DNA of 62,918 nt, filler included, from Choristocarpus tenellus KU-1152 (Eukaryota; Protista; Phaeophyceae): NCBI GenBank assembly GCA_964200185.2. It is 11 parts of 11 records of this genome, joined end to end, with 100 filler letters (N's around TTAATTAATTAA, not from the genome) between each part and the next. Parts side by side here need not be neighbours in the genome. Positions count along the whole stretch, not along the records: positions 19,226 to 27,013 come from CAXNAD020005577.1; positions 27,114 to 31,916 come from CAXNAD020013000.1; positions 32,017 to 38,230 come from CAXNAD020008662.1; 8 more parts are not named here. The stretch is one strand, 5' to 3'. Of this stretch, positions 25,150 to 37,888 are shown one piece after another; positions within the stretch are counted from its first letter, which is position 1, and each line of letters starts with the position of its first letter. The position numbers and the translations under genes were made by a program. The notes below the pieces were generated by a model. The model had not been told where the DNA came from and searched no databases. It saw only the letters and a program-made list of their open reading frames with translations.

Positions 25150-25690
25150 TTTCAAATGTATTACATCAATGAAGGATGTGGTTTGTATCTGCATTTCTTG
25201 ATGTAAAGGTTAGAATATCATTCCAATTTTGGAAAAACCCTAACGCACGTGTTTTGGGTGTTCAACGGTAAACAAGATCCGCGCGGATCTTGAATACCAT
25301 AGATTCGCTTTTTTGTGGTCTCTAGTGCTTATTTAAATACTAACGACAACAAAAAAGCGGATTTAGTATGTAAATAAATAGTGGGTACCAGTTGGAAGTG
25401 TCCTTTTAGTTTCTGAAAATTGGAAACGTGTGAGACCCATAAAGTGCGTTCTTGGTATTTTTTTAAACCCTAAGAACGGTTATTACTGGATTAACTATTT
25501 AAAAAAAACCCTAAATCACGTGTAAAGTGGATCTTCAGGTATTCTAGATCCGCGTGGATCTGTTTTACCCAAAGAACCACTTTTTATCGCCTCTACAGTT
25601 TATGACAATCCATATATCCGATTTGGTAAGATTTTGTACTTCAAATATGTAGAGGGTTAGAGTTGTTTTTTGACGTTTTGGTTAATGTAA
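25150..25690. repeat. Two diverged ~271-bp tandem units, each with an AGATCCGCGYGGATCT palindrome
   Basis: AAAACCCTAA..CACGTGT at ~25235 and ~25505; palindromes at 25273-25292 and 25546-25561; AATTGGAAAC at ~25418 and ~25690. Confidence 0.7.
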
Positions 25691-26298
25691 ATTGGAAACA
25701 TACAAGATCAATTAAGTATGTGATTGGTATCTTAAAAAATATAAATCACTATCTAATTGGATTTTTTTAAAATAGAAATCACGGATATAATCAGATTTAC
25801 AACTTCCGAAAAATGTAACGCACGGATTTTCCGGAGCATGGATCTCAGGGTGGTCCCACCGATCGCCCGAGGATCAAACAAAGTTGATTTCGGAACATTG
25901 GAAATGTGCAATATCAATTAAGTATGTGATTGGTATCTTAAAAAATACAAATCACTGATACAATTGGATTTAAAAAAAATAGAAATCACGGATATAATCT
26001 GATTCACAACTTCCGAAAAATGTAACGCACGGATTTTCAGGATCATTGATCTCTGGGTGGTCCCACCGATCGCCCGAGGATCAAACAAAGTTGATTTCAG
26101 AAAATTGGAAATGTACAAATCAAGTAAGTATGTGATTGGTATCTTGAAAAATACAAATCAGTGATATAATTGGATTTTAAAAAAATAGAAATCACGGATA
26201 TAACCTGATTTACAACTTCCGAAAAATGTAACGCACAGATTTTCAGGATCATGGATCTCAGGGTGTTCGCACCAATCGCCCAAGGCTCAAACAAAGTT
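25691..26298. repeat. Tandem repeat, 3 x ~207 bp, highly similar
   Basis: Units start at ~25691, 25897 and 26104 (ATTGGAAA...AAGTATGTGATTGGTATCTT...AATAGAAATCACGGATATAA...ACTTCCGAAAAATGTAACGCAC...TCAAACAAAGTT). Confidence 0.95.
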
Positions 26299-26372
26299 CA
26301 TACGCTTGTCTTTGAATTTAATCACTCCTACACCTTCTCACTACCCAAGACCGCCTGTTGCTCGAAAAGACC

Positions 26373-26848
26373 ATGCCAGTTGCTTCCACAGCAACAGGGT
26401 GGCTTTTGTTGCCTATGTCTCCCCCCGTGTTGCCCCCTCACCAGGCGGCCAACAATGATGCGCTGGAGCTTCGTGCCAATGATGCTTCAGCGACCGGCGC
26501 CAAGCTTCGCCGAGAATGGGCTGAACCCATCCCGGTCAACGAACAGAATGGGTGCTGCAAGCGCTTAGCCTGTGTGAAGAAGTTCGTGGCAGATGGCGAG
26601 TCCTTCCTTGCATGCACCTTGGCCAAAGAGCAGGACATCATCCGGGCGTGCGAGAACCGCCGCGATCGCAAGCACTTCGTTGGCGACCGTATACCTGTGA
26701 TTAAGTTGGGACCTGGATGTGGATCTATGCTCGCGGCCGGCATTCCTGCCTGTACGAAATTTTTCAAGGCATCGTTCGGGATATCCAATCATGCCATTGA
26801 CGCTTGCAAAGGTACACCTAACGCAAGAGCATCCACCGGCATGGAGAG
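26373..26848 (+). CDS. Cys-rich N-terminal exon of a putative Sola-like DNA transposase (truncated by contig end)
   Basis: GCCKRLACVKKF...AAGIPACTKFFKASFGIS matches the CC...C / C...F....GIS motif of Sola-type transposase N-termini. Donor GAG|GTGGGT at 26848. Catalytic DDD region is not in the window. Confidence 0.55.
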
Positions 26849-27013
26849 GTGGGTTTGAGGTATGTACACAGTGTCACTTGTACCCGGTATATTTCCCCCC
26901 CTGCTTGAACACACAATAGTAGTCCTACCTGAGAACAATGTGATCCGACCGTACTCACCCGGTTCACTTTGCAGTTACCATGCCTAGATGTCTGATATAC
27001 AAAGCTAGAGATC

Positions 27014-27113
27014 NNNNNNNNNNNNNNNNNNNNNNNNNNNNNNNNNNNNNNNNNNNNTTAATTAATTAANNNNNNNNNNNNNNNNNNNNNNNNNNNNNNN
27101 NNNNNNNNNNNNN
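27014..27113. other. Artificial contig linker
   Basis: N44-TTAATTAATTAA-N44. Confidence 0.98.
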
Positions 27114-29762
27114 ACCCTCTGCCCGAGAAGGCGCTCGCTGCCCGCGCCAAAGGGCCCGCAAAAAGGAGACCAACACAGCCACGCGTGCAGCCCGAGAACT
27201 GGGGACGAAACGACCCACGGACAAGGGAGGTTGACAACAATAGATACGCCCACAGGAATTCTTTTAAAACGCACACAAAAACCCACGCGCTTTTTTTATC
27301 ACCCTCTTTAGGTCTTGACACTGGAAACAGGGAAAATATATGCCCACTACAAAAGCATATGGCACACACAATAAAGTCATCTTTATGCACACAAGACATA
27401 AATAGTAAAAACCCTACGAAAACAAGGTTTTCTCTTCGAAAACAGAGAAAAAAATATACAAGCACCAATTATCAGCCTCCTTTCCTTCCCCCCNNNNNNN
27501 NNNCCCCCCCCCCCCCCCCAAGTAGTAGAAAACATGAAATATATATGTATGCCTCTCTAACACTACATGAACCAAACCAAAGTAGTATTGTATACTTGGA
27601 CGAAATAGTGTTCTGAAGTGAGATGACAACGTTGTGAGTACTTCGCTTGTACCTGTGCCCTTAATGTGTACAGGCATTCCATTCTGATCCATAGCTCTAT
27701 CAGCGCTCTTCCCTTCATCCCTCCCCTCTAACAGGACTTGAACGCACTGAATATAAAATAATATACCCTGCAGTATGTCGAACTGTTTCACACACACCAA
27801 AACATCATGATATAAGCTACTACTACAACTGTGGAGTGTTGTGATAATGGTGTTGTGCCTGAGCTTTGTTTGTACCCCTGAAACAAGATTTTCCCTTCTG
27901 CTAGAGAGCTCTCTAACGCACTACCAAACACAATACACACAGTAGAGCTACCCAGAACTTAGGAACAAAAGAAACACCGCTCCACCCGCCTTAACTCGCC
28001 TCAGAGAATAGGAGATCTTCCCTCCTGCTACAGAGCTCTTTGTGGCGCTACGGAGCGCACACAACGTTACCTAGTGCCACAGCGTTCTGTAAAGACAAAC
28101 ACCAAACCAAGTCCTCACTAACTCATCTCCTTGCCAAGCACAGCAATCCCAGATTGCTATGCAATTCAGCAGGATAGAGCAACGATAAAAGGCTCAAATA
28201 TTGCTGGAATACTGCTGAACCCCCTTGCCGCAAAGGATGCCAGAAATGTACAGTAGTGCCAGCTTATGGACGTAAGCTCGAAGACACCATGATACGCCCT
28301 GCTCCTGCTACCATCTCCTGTTCGCCGTGTCTGCTGATACATGCCAACCGCCCTTGAATACAACCCAGGAAAGAATCTCACCGAACTTAACCTGATCAAC
28401 CAACATACTACCAAAATAGTAACCTTCATTTCACAAAAAGGGGGGGGTTGGGGTGGGGGGGCTCGCTGGTGCTCTCACAAGGAAGGTCATTCATTGTGCA
28501 TGGATAAATAAGCCAGTGCGTCAACCAGTCAGCAAACAAGACCAAAACACAACTCTGAAGCAGTGACAACAGGTGCAGCACGCAACAAAAAAGGTGGTCT
28601 TCTCCTCTTGCAGCTCTATATAAGTAAGATGTATGTACTTTGAAGCGAAAAATACTCCGGAGTATCAAATATGTGTAAGAATGAAAAAATAAGTTCTTAA
28701 GTGTAACAACTCCTGTGCCTTCCGAAATCCATCCATCCATCCATATATGGCAAAGAATCAACTATCAACCGAACAAAACTCAAACGAAAATGACCCAAAC
28801 GTCTACACACTGCATTGAGCATAAACTTGTGCCCCTCCCAAAACGTAGAGGAATGGAACTCTTTTTAATGCGACCTTTGGGTGAGGGAAGATCTACAAAA
28901 AATACATAAACTTCAGCACCTCCTTGGGGGGAAGGTAGAGGATAAGACGATCAGACAATATACAGAAGTATTGTACCACATACTGTACATACCAAGTACA
29001 GCTTCAGTCCTCGCTCAAATTCACAGGTGGGGAACTACCACAGGTATGGGCTGGGGTGGGAGGGGGGTGGGGGAGGAAAATAACCTTTCAGCACAACTAT
29101 CCCTGTTGCCAGTTGTGATTGAAATGCTTTTCTCATAGAAGGACAGAATACAACACCCCTGTTCCCCTCCTTGCAGTTCCTAAAGTTATATTAATAATGC
29201 CTCCCAATTCAAAACACCACCCTGTCGGCTCCATCACATACCACACAGAGTAATCTATTTTAGGCACCACAATATACACCAGACATCAACCGAATCCAAT
29301 CTATTGATCAGTAATAAAAATTCTAGTAACTCCTAGGTCTCTACATTTGCTGGGGCAACTATCTACCCCTTCTCTCCCCAGGAGCAGCTAAAGTACCTGA
29401 TGCAGGCCTAGGCTCCTCACTTCTTCTCAGTGCTAGTCAAGGCCACAAACTTATTGTCTAAGAAATGATACAAAACGATCCAAGGCCCTAGACTATTCAA
29501 CTCTAAAACCAACCGCAACTCCACTGCTTCAGTTTACAGAGTCACCTAAGCCTCAGGTAAAAAAAACTCCAGGGAAAGACTCAACCGAAGTTCTGCTACA
29601 GAGCACCCAAGGCCTCGGGTTCAACTCCAGAACGAGACTCAACAATAGGTCTGGCTAGAGTTATCCAAAGCCCCAGGTTCAACACCGGACTCAGACTCTG
29701 CTTCAGGTTCAGCCACAGGGCCAACAGATCCGACACCAGCACCAACATTCACAGCAGAAGGT

Positions 29763-30030
29763 TCAGTTATTGCCACCACTCCCTCTATGACTGACATCAG
29801 TCACGGTTGCCCCTCCCCCTCCCCCTAACCCTGAAGCAGTTCCCGTGCTGCTTGTTCTTGCTGTTGAAGACAGGGTTAAGGCAGGTGTGCTGGGTGGGGA
29901 GTGAGGCATTGTTGGGCACGGATTGGAGCCCTCTGATTGGTCGATGGCCTGCTGCAGAGGATGGTCCACTTCAATGTTGACCTTACAGTAAGGGCATACA
30001 CCATGACCCAGGAGCCATCCGTCCACACAC
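29763..30030 (-). CDS. RING-H2 E3 ubiquitin ligase, terminal exon
   Basis: AAG|(G)CVDGWLLGHGVCPYCK completes the RING-H2; phase 2 matches the upstream donor; TGA at 29763. Confidence 0.85.
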
Positions 30031-30802
30031 CTTGTTGAAAGGGTTTGAGAAGGGTAAGGCCAGGCTTAGGGTGTATTTAGAGTATGGCTAAGTTTACTAT
30101 AGGAAGGAAATAAAAATATTGAAAACAAAAATGATAGTCTCCATCAATCAGGTTTCAACCATTTTCACCTAAAAAACAAACAAGCGGCAGTGGCCATTAC
30201 ATCCATTCTGAGAGTGATACAACTGTACACCAGTAAACTACGACAATAATTGAAAATAGACTAATTGTACTTCAAAGTGTGTACTTGAACATTTCTTCTA
30301 CACCCAATTTTTTTTTTCTTATCATTCCACTAAATTGCACTAAATATGCTAATATATCAAGATATTAATGTTTGAGGTACACTTTAGAAAGGCATATTTA
30401 GTGGGGTAAATAAGTACTTTTCCACTACATGTATCAAAACATAGTGTATATATATGTTAAATATTCTCCCCATCACTTAGACTGCAATCTCTTCTCAGAC
30501 GGAATTACACATAGGCCATTCTTCACCCCACCTCCCCTAAATTGGTTATTACTGCTTCAAGAGAAACAGTAATGTCCTGTAGGAAAAACAAAACAAAAAC
30601 ATAACTTTTCTTACTTAAAATAGGACAAATTTCTTATCTTCTACAATAACTATTAATACAAAATATTTATAAAAATATACAATATGACTATCATTAAGCA
30701 AGTAATCACACATTTTTTCGCTCAACCTAAAAAAAAAACAAGAGCTTATCTTGTAACCCTTTCCCCCCCACCCCTCCGCCCCCTACCCCCTTCCCCTCTC
30801 AC

Positions 30803-31388
30803 CCAGAGTGGAACCTATGCCCACACGGCATCATAACCCTGAGCACGCTCCCTTCATCATAGTCACCCAGGCAGATTGCACACATGTGATCTGTTGAGTG
30901 CTCCACCGGAGCGACCTCTGATGACCACGATACCTTGCTCCTTCCCCCTGCCCTCCCCTGCCTATCTGTTGCCGAATACCCTTTCAATTTCCCCCCCCCA
31001 GTCCCTCCATTCTCCGAAGGACTATCTTCCAAGGATAAAGACAGTGACCCTGATTCCATCCTTTCCACATTATCATCACCACCATTTCCATTCTCATCAT
31101 CAATTCTATGCCCACCATCGCCAATACCGCCTTCATTATCACTACTAACACCTGTCAACTCCACTTCTGACGATGTCACAATCCCTGGGTTAGGTTGAGG
31201 GTTCGAGAAACACTCCTTCGATGATGCTGTGAACGCCAACATAGGTGATGGAAACACACTGTTCTTATTGTTGATGCTTCTGCGAGGAATATTGTCCTTC
31301 CTGGAGTACACCACCTCAGGGAGGCGAGAGACATCTTCAGGTCGGAGACCCTGGCCAGGCTGTCTGGAGGGCACTTGTCTCCCTCCTA
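30803..31388 (-). CDS. RING-H2 E3 ubiquitin ligase (ATL/RNF13-like), internal exon
   Basis: GLRPEDVSRLPEVVY...CAICLGDYDEGSVLRVMMPCGHRFHS; acceptor ACAG|, donor GG|GTGAGA. Confidence 0.9.
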
Positions 31389-31407
31389 CTGTATGCAGAG
31401 GCACAAG

Positions 31408-31468
31408 GTGTTATGCGATGTGTTATGCGATGTGTTATGCGATGTGTTATGCGATGTGTTATGTGATG
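31408..31468. repeat. 12-bp tandem repeat (GTGTTATGCGAT) x ~5
   Basis: Visible directly, intronic. Confidence 0.9.
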
Positions 31469-31916
31469 AGTTACCAATGTTATCCAAGATGTTAAACCTG
31501 TGTGTAAGATGTAACAAAGCTTGGGTAAGGGAAGACGAATTTCAACACACCATACATTGACACGCCTCCCGAAGGTGTGGACCCCCCCCCCCCTCTTTTA
31601 TTCTTTTCCAGCCTATTGAAACTGCTTCAGTTCGCAACATCAAATTCCTGACCAATAACAAGAGGGGGATTTGTTTCTTTCTTCTACAATACTTCCAACC
31701 TGCAAGGATTGGAGATACAGTAAGTGAGATACAGTAAGTGTGCCTAATTCACCATCGATCATGGTGAGAATACCTAATCGACCAATCAGACTGAGGACAG
31801 TTAAAATCTCTCCCCTAGCCCAGGACCAACACCTACAGAAACATTTCAACATTACTAACCCTAACCCTAAAACACTCGCTCTAAAACCCTACAAGGGTCA
31901 AAGTATCTGGGGGGGG

Positions 31917-32016
31917 NNNNNNNNNNNNNNNNNNNNNNNNNNNNNNNNNNNNNNNNNNNNTTAATTAATTAANNNNNNNNNNNNNNNNNNNNNNNNNNNN
32001 NNNNNNNNNNNNNNNN
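31917..32016. other. Artificial contig linker
   Basis: N44-TTAATTAATTAA-N44. Confidence 0.98.
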
Positions 32017-32272
32017 GGAAGGAAGGGAATGAATGTACCCAAGATACACCCAATCAACCCCCACAACGCCCAAAAGGGGGGGGGGAGGTGAGAAGGTCAA
32101 GATGTGATTCAAAAAAAAAATCAGTAACCTGTAGTGCAAAGCATCATAGAGTCGACCAGGCGTACCCCTTCCACAAAATTCTTCTTTTCAAACAAAAAGA
32201 ACTGTGAAAAAAATATATGGAAGGTTGGGGGGGGGAAGAAACAATTGTGAACTAAACCTTCAGTTGACTAAG

Positions 32273-32356
32273 AAAACAGATCAATTAAAACAGATCAATT
32301 AAAACAGATCAATTAAAAAAGATCAATTAAAAAAGATCAATTAAAACAGATCAATT
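32273..32356. repeat. 14-bp tandem repeat (AAAA(C/A)AGATCAATT) x ~6
   Basis: Visible directly. Confidence 0.9.
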
Positions 32357-32922
32357 TCATCGGCCAGTTGCCTACAGCCCTCACTCCATCAATCCAATAT
32401 TGATATCATGATCATCATTCCAATACTACTATTATTATATTATCGTTATTGATACTAGTAAATACAACGATCTCAATTCCATGAATAGTCTAGAAGAACC
32501 TCTACCGTAGAAAGATATTATATATAAAGTGGTATATACAGGTCTCTCCTCTCCTCTCCTCTCCTCCCCTTTTCCCCAACTACACACAAAAAAAATGCAC
32601 GCACATACATATATACAATCAAGCACTCAATGCACTTTCACCCTGCCACACTGGCATAAAGTCCAGCCATAACCCTACCCCAAACACCACCAACGTCACC
32701 ATATTTTTACAGACCCCCCCTCAACCCCTTCGTTGCTCTCAAGGCTGCAATACATATATATATATATTATATATATATATATATATATGTATAGCCCCCA
32801 AGTATGTACTGGAGTACATCATACACACAAATAAACCACATACAAATTTCAAACTACTAAACGATTTTTAAAACATATTCATCATTCATCAAGACACCAA
32901 TTCAAATATGTTTTTCACTCAC

Positions 32923-35220
32923 CCCCAGCTTACTCCCAATAGAGCTGCCCGGCATGACAATACTAGATCCAGGCTTTCCTACACTAGAGACAGTGGACAG
33001 AGATTGGAGGCTCCCTCCAACACCAGACCGTCCCCCCGCCACCACGCCGGCTCTCGTCATCGAACCCTTGATCGCTGCGCCTGCACAGGGCTTAGCAACT
33101 CCTGTCTGGATTGCGCTCACACCGAGAACAACATTCAAGGGAGGACGATTTTGCAGGATCATGCCACAGGAGCATTTGTGGTAGACAAAGAGTGAGATGG
33201 GTTTAGGGGAAAAATCTTTCTTTATAGTGCACAACACACAACAGGGGCTGCTAGTTTAACATGGTACGGCCACTGCTACAAAAATTCTTGGATACCGTAC
33301 AAGACATAACAACAAAAAAGCTACCACGTTGTCGAAAGACCTGAGGCATACCCAGCACCCTTGTTTACTTACAGTAGACCACCACTAGGGTTAGTACCAA
33401 GACACAACACCACACCTATAAATTGAGTCTATCCAAACCCCAAGGGAGGGTATGGGTGGCTGGCCGGGAAGCCAAGGGGAAGGCAAGAGTCACAATGCAT
33501 ATGAAGATTATCTGCGCACACGTCTTTCTTTTTATATCTCTGTTGACAGGCAGGGTCTAATTGGCCTTTTGTTAACCTTTTCAATCGCAAGAAGATATCA
33601 CATTTCACATTTCACTGCCGTCCATTTGTGTGGTCAGCCACCACATATCAGATCCCCACGTAGCACTAGTACTTGCCACAGAAAGAAAGGCTCTTATGAA
33701 ACACACTGAAGGGGGTCTTCATCTCTGATCTGTTCCTTATTCAATTGCCACTCTTACTAACCGCTTTCGCTGATGCTCCAGCCGCAATCGCACAGTAAGG
33801 AGGGGGCATGGAGGTCAGAAGGGAGGGAGACTTTTCCAGGTCCACTCCATCGCCAATAGCCTTGGGGGAGGTTGAGGGTGCAGAGATAGCACAGGACTGG
33901 TCTACTAGCGGCTCTGCACTTGGCAAATGGGGTGTTGCAGGGGAGGATGCTGCCTCTTGGTCAGACGGTGGAGCAATGACCTGACGTTATCATCGCAGAG
34001 GGTAGATATGGGCAGGAGTTGGGAGTCAAAATAAATGAACTCTTGAGGCAGTTGAATTAGAGCTCTAGGGTTGCGCAACTTTTGTCCATGTCAATCTTTC
34101 TTATTCTAACCTAAAAAGGTCTAGTCATGGAAAAAACAGTTCGGGGGGAGAGGGGGCCCTGCTTTCTGCTCCTTCGTCGAACAGGTTCTTGTTGTGGTTG
34201 ATGGTGACATGGAAATTCTCGTCACATGTCAAGTTCCACTCTTGTGGAATGCTGCACGCGCATTGGTTGGTTTGGGGGCATATGCCTGATCCAAAATCAA
34301 TTTTTTATAAGAACAATCAACCAAATCTGGTTGTCTCCTCGCGAATGACCTTTTAAGTCTTAGCTCAAGATAACAGGAGTATCGGTGCCTATTTCCATCC
34401 AACATAACGGTTCAAGTTGTGAGGGGAAAGTGGACCGTTCTGTCATCTGTGAATCTCCAGTGAGCATCACCCGGTCTGTACATATCATTACATCCTGGAA
34501 TTCCAGATGGGACTATTCTGTGAAAAGACCAGCACTATACCCCCTACTTTGAGTTGAGGGATGTATTGCCTTTTGTTTATGCACGCAAACAGTCTCCGTC
34601 ACCTTTGTAGCTAGGGAAACCGATGCATCGCTCTGTGTAGATTCTGGTGGGCCTGTGGCAGGTTGAGGTATCCTTTGGCGGACATTTGGTCGAAATTTTC
34701 CTCGGCCACGTCCAGCGACAGATCCTGCCCTGGCGCCCCTCCCAATTCCTGCGAGATAAAGCAGCAAGTAGTTGATCTCCAGGCAGATAAGACAAGCACT
34801 CGCCAAATCTACGAGCAACAGATAATTCTCTTCATTCAGATACTGAAGTTTGCTTGTTGCATCAGCCATGCACATAGCAGGTTGCAAATTGGGATGTCGC
34901 GTTGTTGTATTCAACTGAAGCAAACAAAAAGTAGTTCAAAATATGCTAATGGAGCGTTTGACTAAAGGAGCCCTTACAGGAGCAGCGGGCTCAAGATCAG
35001 TCATCCAAAGAGGAAGGAACACGTTAAGTTTCTTGCTTCGAGGTTGGAGAGGTCAAAAGCAGGCCTACCTTGCTCTGGAAGTCTGCCATCTCTAGCAACC
35101 GCACACGACTCGTTTCGTGTTTTTTGGTAACGAGAAGGTGGACATGAACGAAGCAAGGGAACGTGAGATAGGGACTACTCACTGTGGGACTCTGCCATCG
35201 ATATGGGTCTTATCGGAATC
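32923..35220 (-). CDS. 5' exons of a low-complexity protein, possibly Bdp1 (TFIIIB B'')-like; exons ~35069-35091, 34603-34748, 33758-33980, 32923-33080
   Basis: Phase-compatible GT-AG exons. RGRGKFRPNVRQR resembles the N-terminal KF.P/KPNVR motif of Bdp1 proteins. No SANT domain in the window. Confidence 0.4.
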
Positions 35221-36066
35221 ATCCTTCCAGTATTCTTTGGCAGGGCCCAGGAGGGCAGAACTCAGAGATGTTGATGCAGGTTGAATAGTAGTAGTGATGG
35301 CATAGTTTCTGTCCTCTCCTTATCGCATTTCGCGCGCGTTCAGGGATCGCGCGATAGGGGTAGTATCACAACAAAACAGCAAAATATTACTTCAATACTA
35401 ACCCTTGTCATCTCTATCGTTTCCTGTTTCTACTACTAATAATGATGTAGAGTGAAATAGAGTGAAGCACTTAGAACATGGTAGGAGGGGAGAGAGAATT
35501 GACACCAGCAACAACACCCAAAGGAACATGCAGAAACAATATGGGGTCCCATCAGATTGTAGTAGTATTAATAGTAGTAGTATTATAATAGTGAGTAGTT
35601 GTAAGTAGAGTACCTCCTTATAAGTATCGTTTCACCACGCACAAATCGATACTGTACATTCTTACATAACTAACTGCCCACACACACCAACGAAATATTT
35701 TACAGACGATGAATGTATGGGTGAGTGGGTTTGACTAGCCCTCTTCAACGTCACTGTCGTCATCAAAATACTTGAAGCAGGTCCCTTAATATTATTGTCG
35801 TTCATGCCCATGTACACTTCAATCAAACCTCTTCGGAGAACAGTTATTCAACACGAATTATTAGTTTGACGGCATTGCGCAACGAATAATATTTATATCG
35901 GAGAGGGCAAGAGCACACCGAGTACGCCATCGCAAGCAGGGCACACAGGAAGAGCATTCGTCAGAAAGCAGTACAAACAGGTGCACAACTTCTTCAGAGC
36001 TCTTCCAAAGTCAACCTGCAAGCAGATACCCGGTGACTTCTGGAATGCGTCGACGAGATGTATATT

Positions 36067-36506
36067 GAGTCGAACTAGTTGAGAGGTAGTAGGCAGGGTT
36101 GCATTTCTAGGATCTTAAGAAAGGGAAAAAAGATTCCATTTTGTACAATTGAAGAAAAAGGCTTTGCTTAATTGTGTGTCCTTTGTGTGTGGAAAGGGGG
36201 AATATCAATTTTGAGTACACTATTGTGCACATACGGCAATGAAATAGTGTATTCCACAGGGTAAGAAAGACTGCTGGCCCAAAATATCTAGGGGGGGTAG
36301 TGGCTGTCCATCTTGAGTCAAATTATTCACGTCGCGATTTTGGGTGATTTGGTTGCATACGTCGGATGGATAATGTAAATGCACGTTTCCTGATTTTGGT
36401 CCAAATGGACACCCTGGTGTAGATCCCCCCACCCCACCCCAGATACTTTGGGTCGCTTAGAATGCTAAGGGGTCCAAACCTGCCTACCTTTCAATTACTT
36501 TGGCTC
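36067..36506. mobile_element. MITE family C (reverse), 3-bp TSD ATT, with nested family-B MITE
   Basis: ATT|GAGTCGAACTAGTTGAGAGG...CCTTTCAATTACTTTGGCTC|ATT. Confidence 0.85.
36276..36454. mobile_element. MITE family B nested in family C, 3-bp TSD GCT
   Basis: GCT|GGCCCAAAATATCTAGGGG...CCCCAGATACTTTGGGTC|GCT. Removing it plus one GCT restores colinearity with the copy at ~6401-6427. Confidence 0.85.
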
Positions 36507-37079
36507 ATTGTAATAGTAATCAAGCCAAAGGCTGCTCAGTCACTTCCAGTGAAAGTAGTAGTTGTATGCCCCCATGCATGTTCACTGCCATTAAGCTACA
36601 CTGGAGTCAACCAGCATATTTCAGAACTGTTAGTTCAAAGTTCATTCTTCTTCTACCCCTCGAGTGTCCCCATCAATCTAGCCTCGTGCAAAGTAGCTGT
36701 ATACACCACTAAGGTAAGAAAAAAAAGGATTGAGGCGCAGTTTGTCTTTGTGTGAAGTAGTATCGTTACGTTACTATTAATAGCAATATTCGAGTATCAG
36801 GGAGTCACAAAATAAGTCCAGGAATGCACAAATATACTATTCCACATATAATATACTTTTATGATTTTGTATATTATTCTGTATGTATATTATTCTGTAT
36901 GTATATTATTCTGCATATATCCCCCAAAGAAAAAAGAAAAAGGCGTACACTACCTCAACCACAAAAATTCAAGTTTCAAAGCCCAATCAAAAAGAGGATA
37001 GGCAGACGCTTTGCTTGCAAGCAACAATATCTCCTTGTCTTGTACATTCCCCAATCCAATTCCATCTTAAGTGTGTTTA

Positions 37080-37255
37080 TCAGTAACCATTAATAGCCTT
37101 GGACAAGAACGGCAAAAGCTCCTCTAAAGACATTCGCGTCTGCTCCGTGCTGTCTCGCTCTCTCAGCGTAACCTTGCCATCTCCCTCCACCGTGTCAAAG
37201 TCCACAGTCACACAGAAAGGTGTACCTGCCTCATCCATGCGACGGTACCTTCGTC
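37080..37255 (-). CDS. glyQS: Glycyl-tRNA synthetase (homodimeric type), terminal exon, anticodon-binding domain
   Basis: CAG|[22 protein letters not shown]...[11 protein letters not shown] is the HGTP anticodon-binding domain; stop TGA. Confidence 0.9.
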
Positions 37256-37888
37256 CTGCAAAAAGCCAGATCGTAACGACAGCAGCAATGGCAACACAGC
37301 AAGGTGAAAGGACGCCTATTAATAGGGCAGTTTGCTGCAGCAGGTGATGAGTGGAGAATGATATTTGGTAAGAGTAGCACAGAGTGATACATACTGAGAG
37401 AGATGAAAGCAAAACCTCGAATCTGCTTCGTTATGGTCTCAAATTTTCAAAAGTAACATCATCTGAAACGTATGGGAGAGGAAGGCAAGTTCAAGAGAGA
37501 TACAGCAGAGACGGACCACACAGGGAGTCAGTTTTAAACACGGACACATGTATGTTGCACACAAAGCTTCCATTTAGAAAAATAGAAGGACAACAACAGC
37601 AAGAAATGCACACAAAGTTTCTTGCACATCAGATAGAAATGAAAAAATAATACATTTGGGAAGTGAAACGTGGCTTTGTTTAGATAAACAGTACACGCAT
37701 ACACACACACACAACAACAACAACAACCACCAAACACAGCACAGCAGGAACAATAAGTATCATTCAGACTATTAATACATAACACAAGATACAATCAGTG
37801 TATCCCCCTAGACATCTCAAAATGGCACAAGCAAACAACACGCAAAATAACACAACACAACAGCAAAACACAAGAGCACACATCGTAC

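Noticed and set aside
27114-27500. ORFs at the contig start
   Set aside because: Low-complexity, likely low-quality contig-edge sequence next to gaps.
29620-29790. Coding-like extension (AEPEAESESGVEPG) beyond the RING gene stop
   Set aside because: Different frame with an upstream stop and no clear splice route; may be UTR or a decayed C-terminus.
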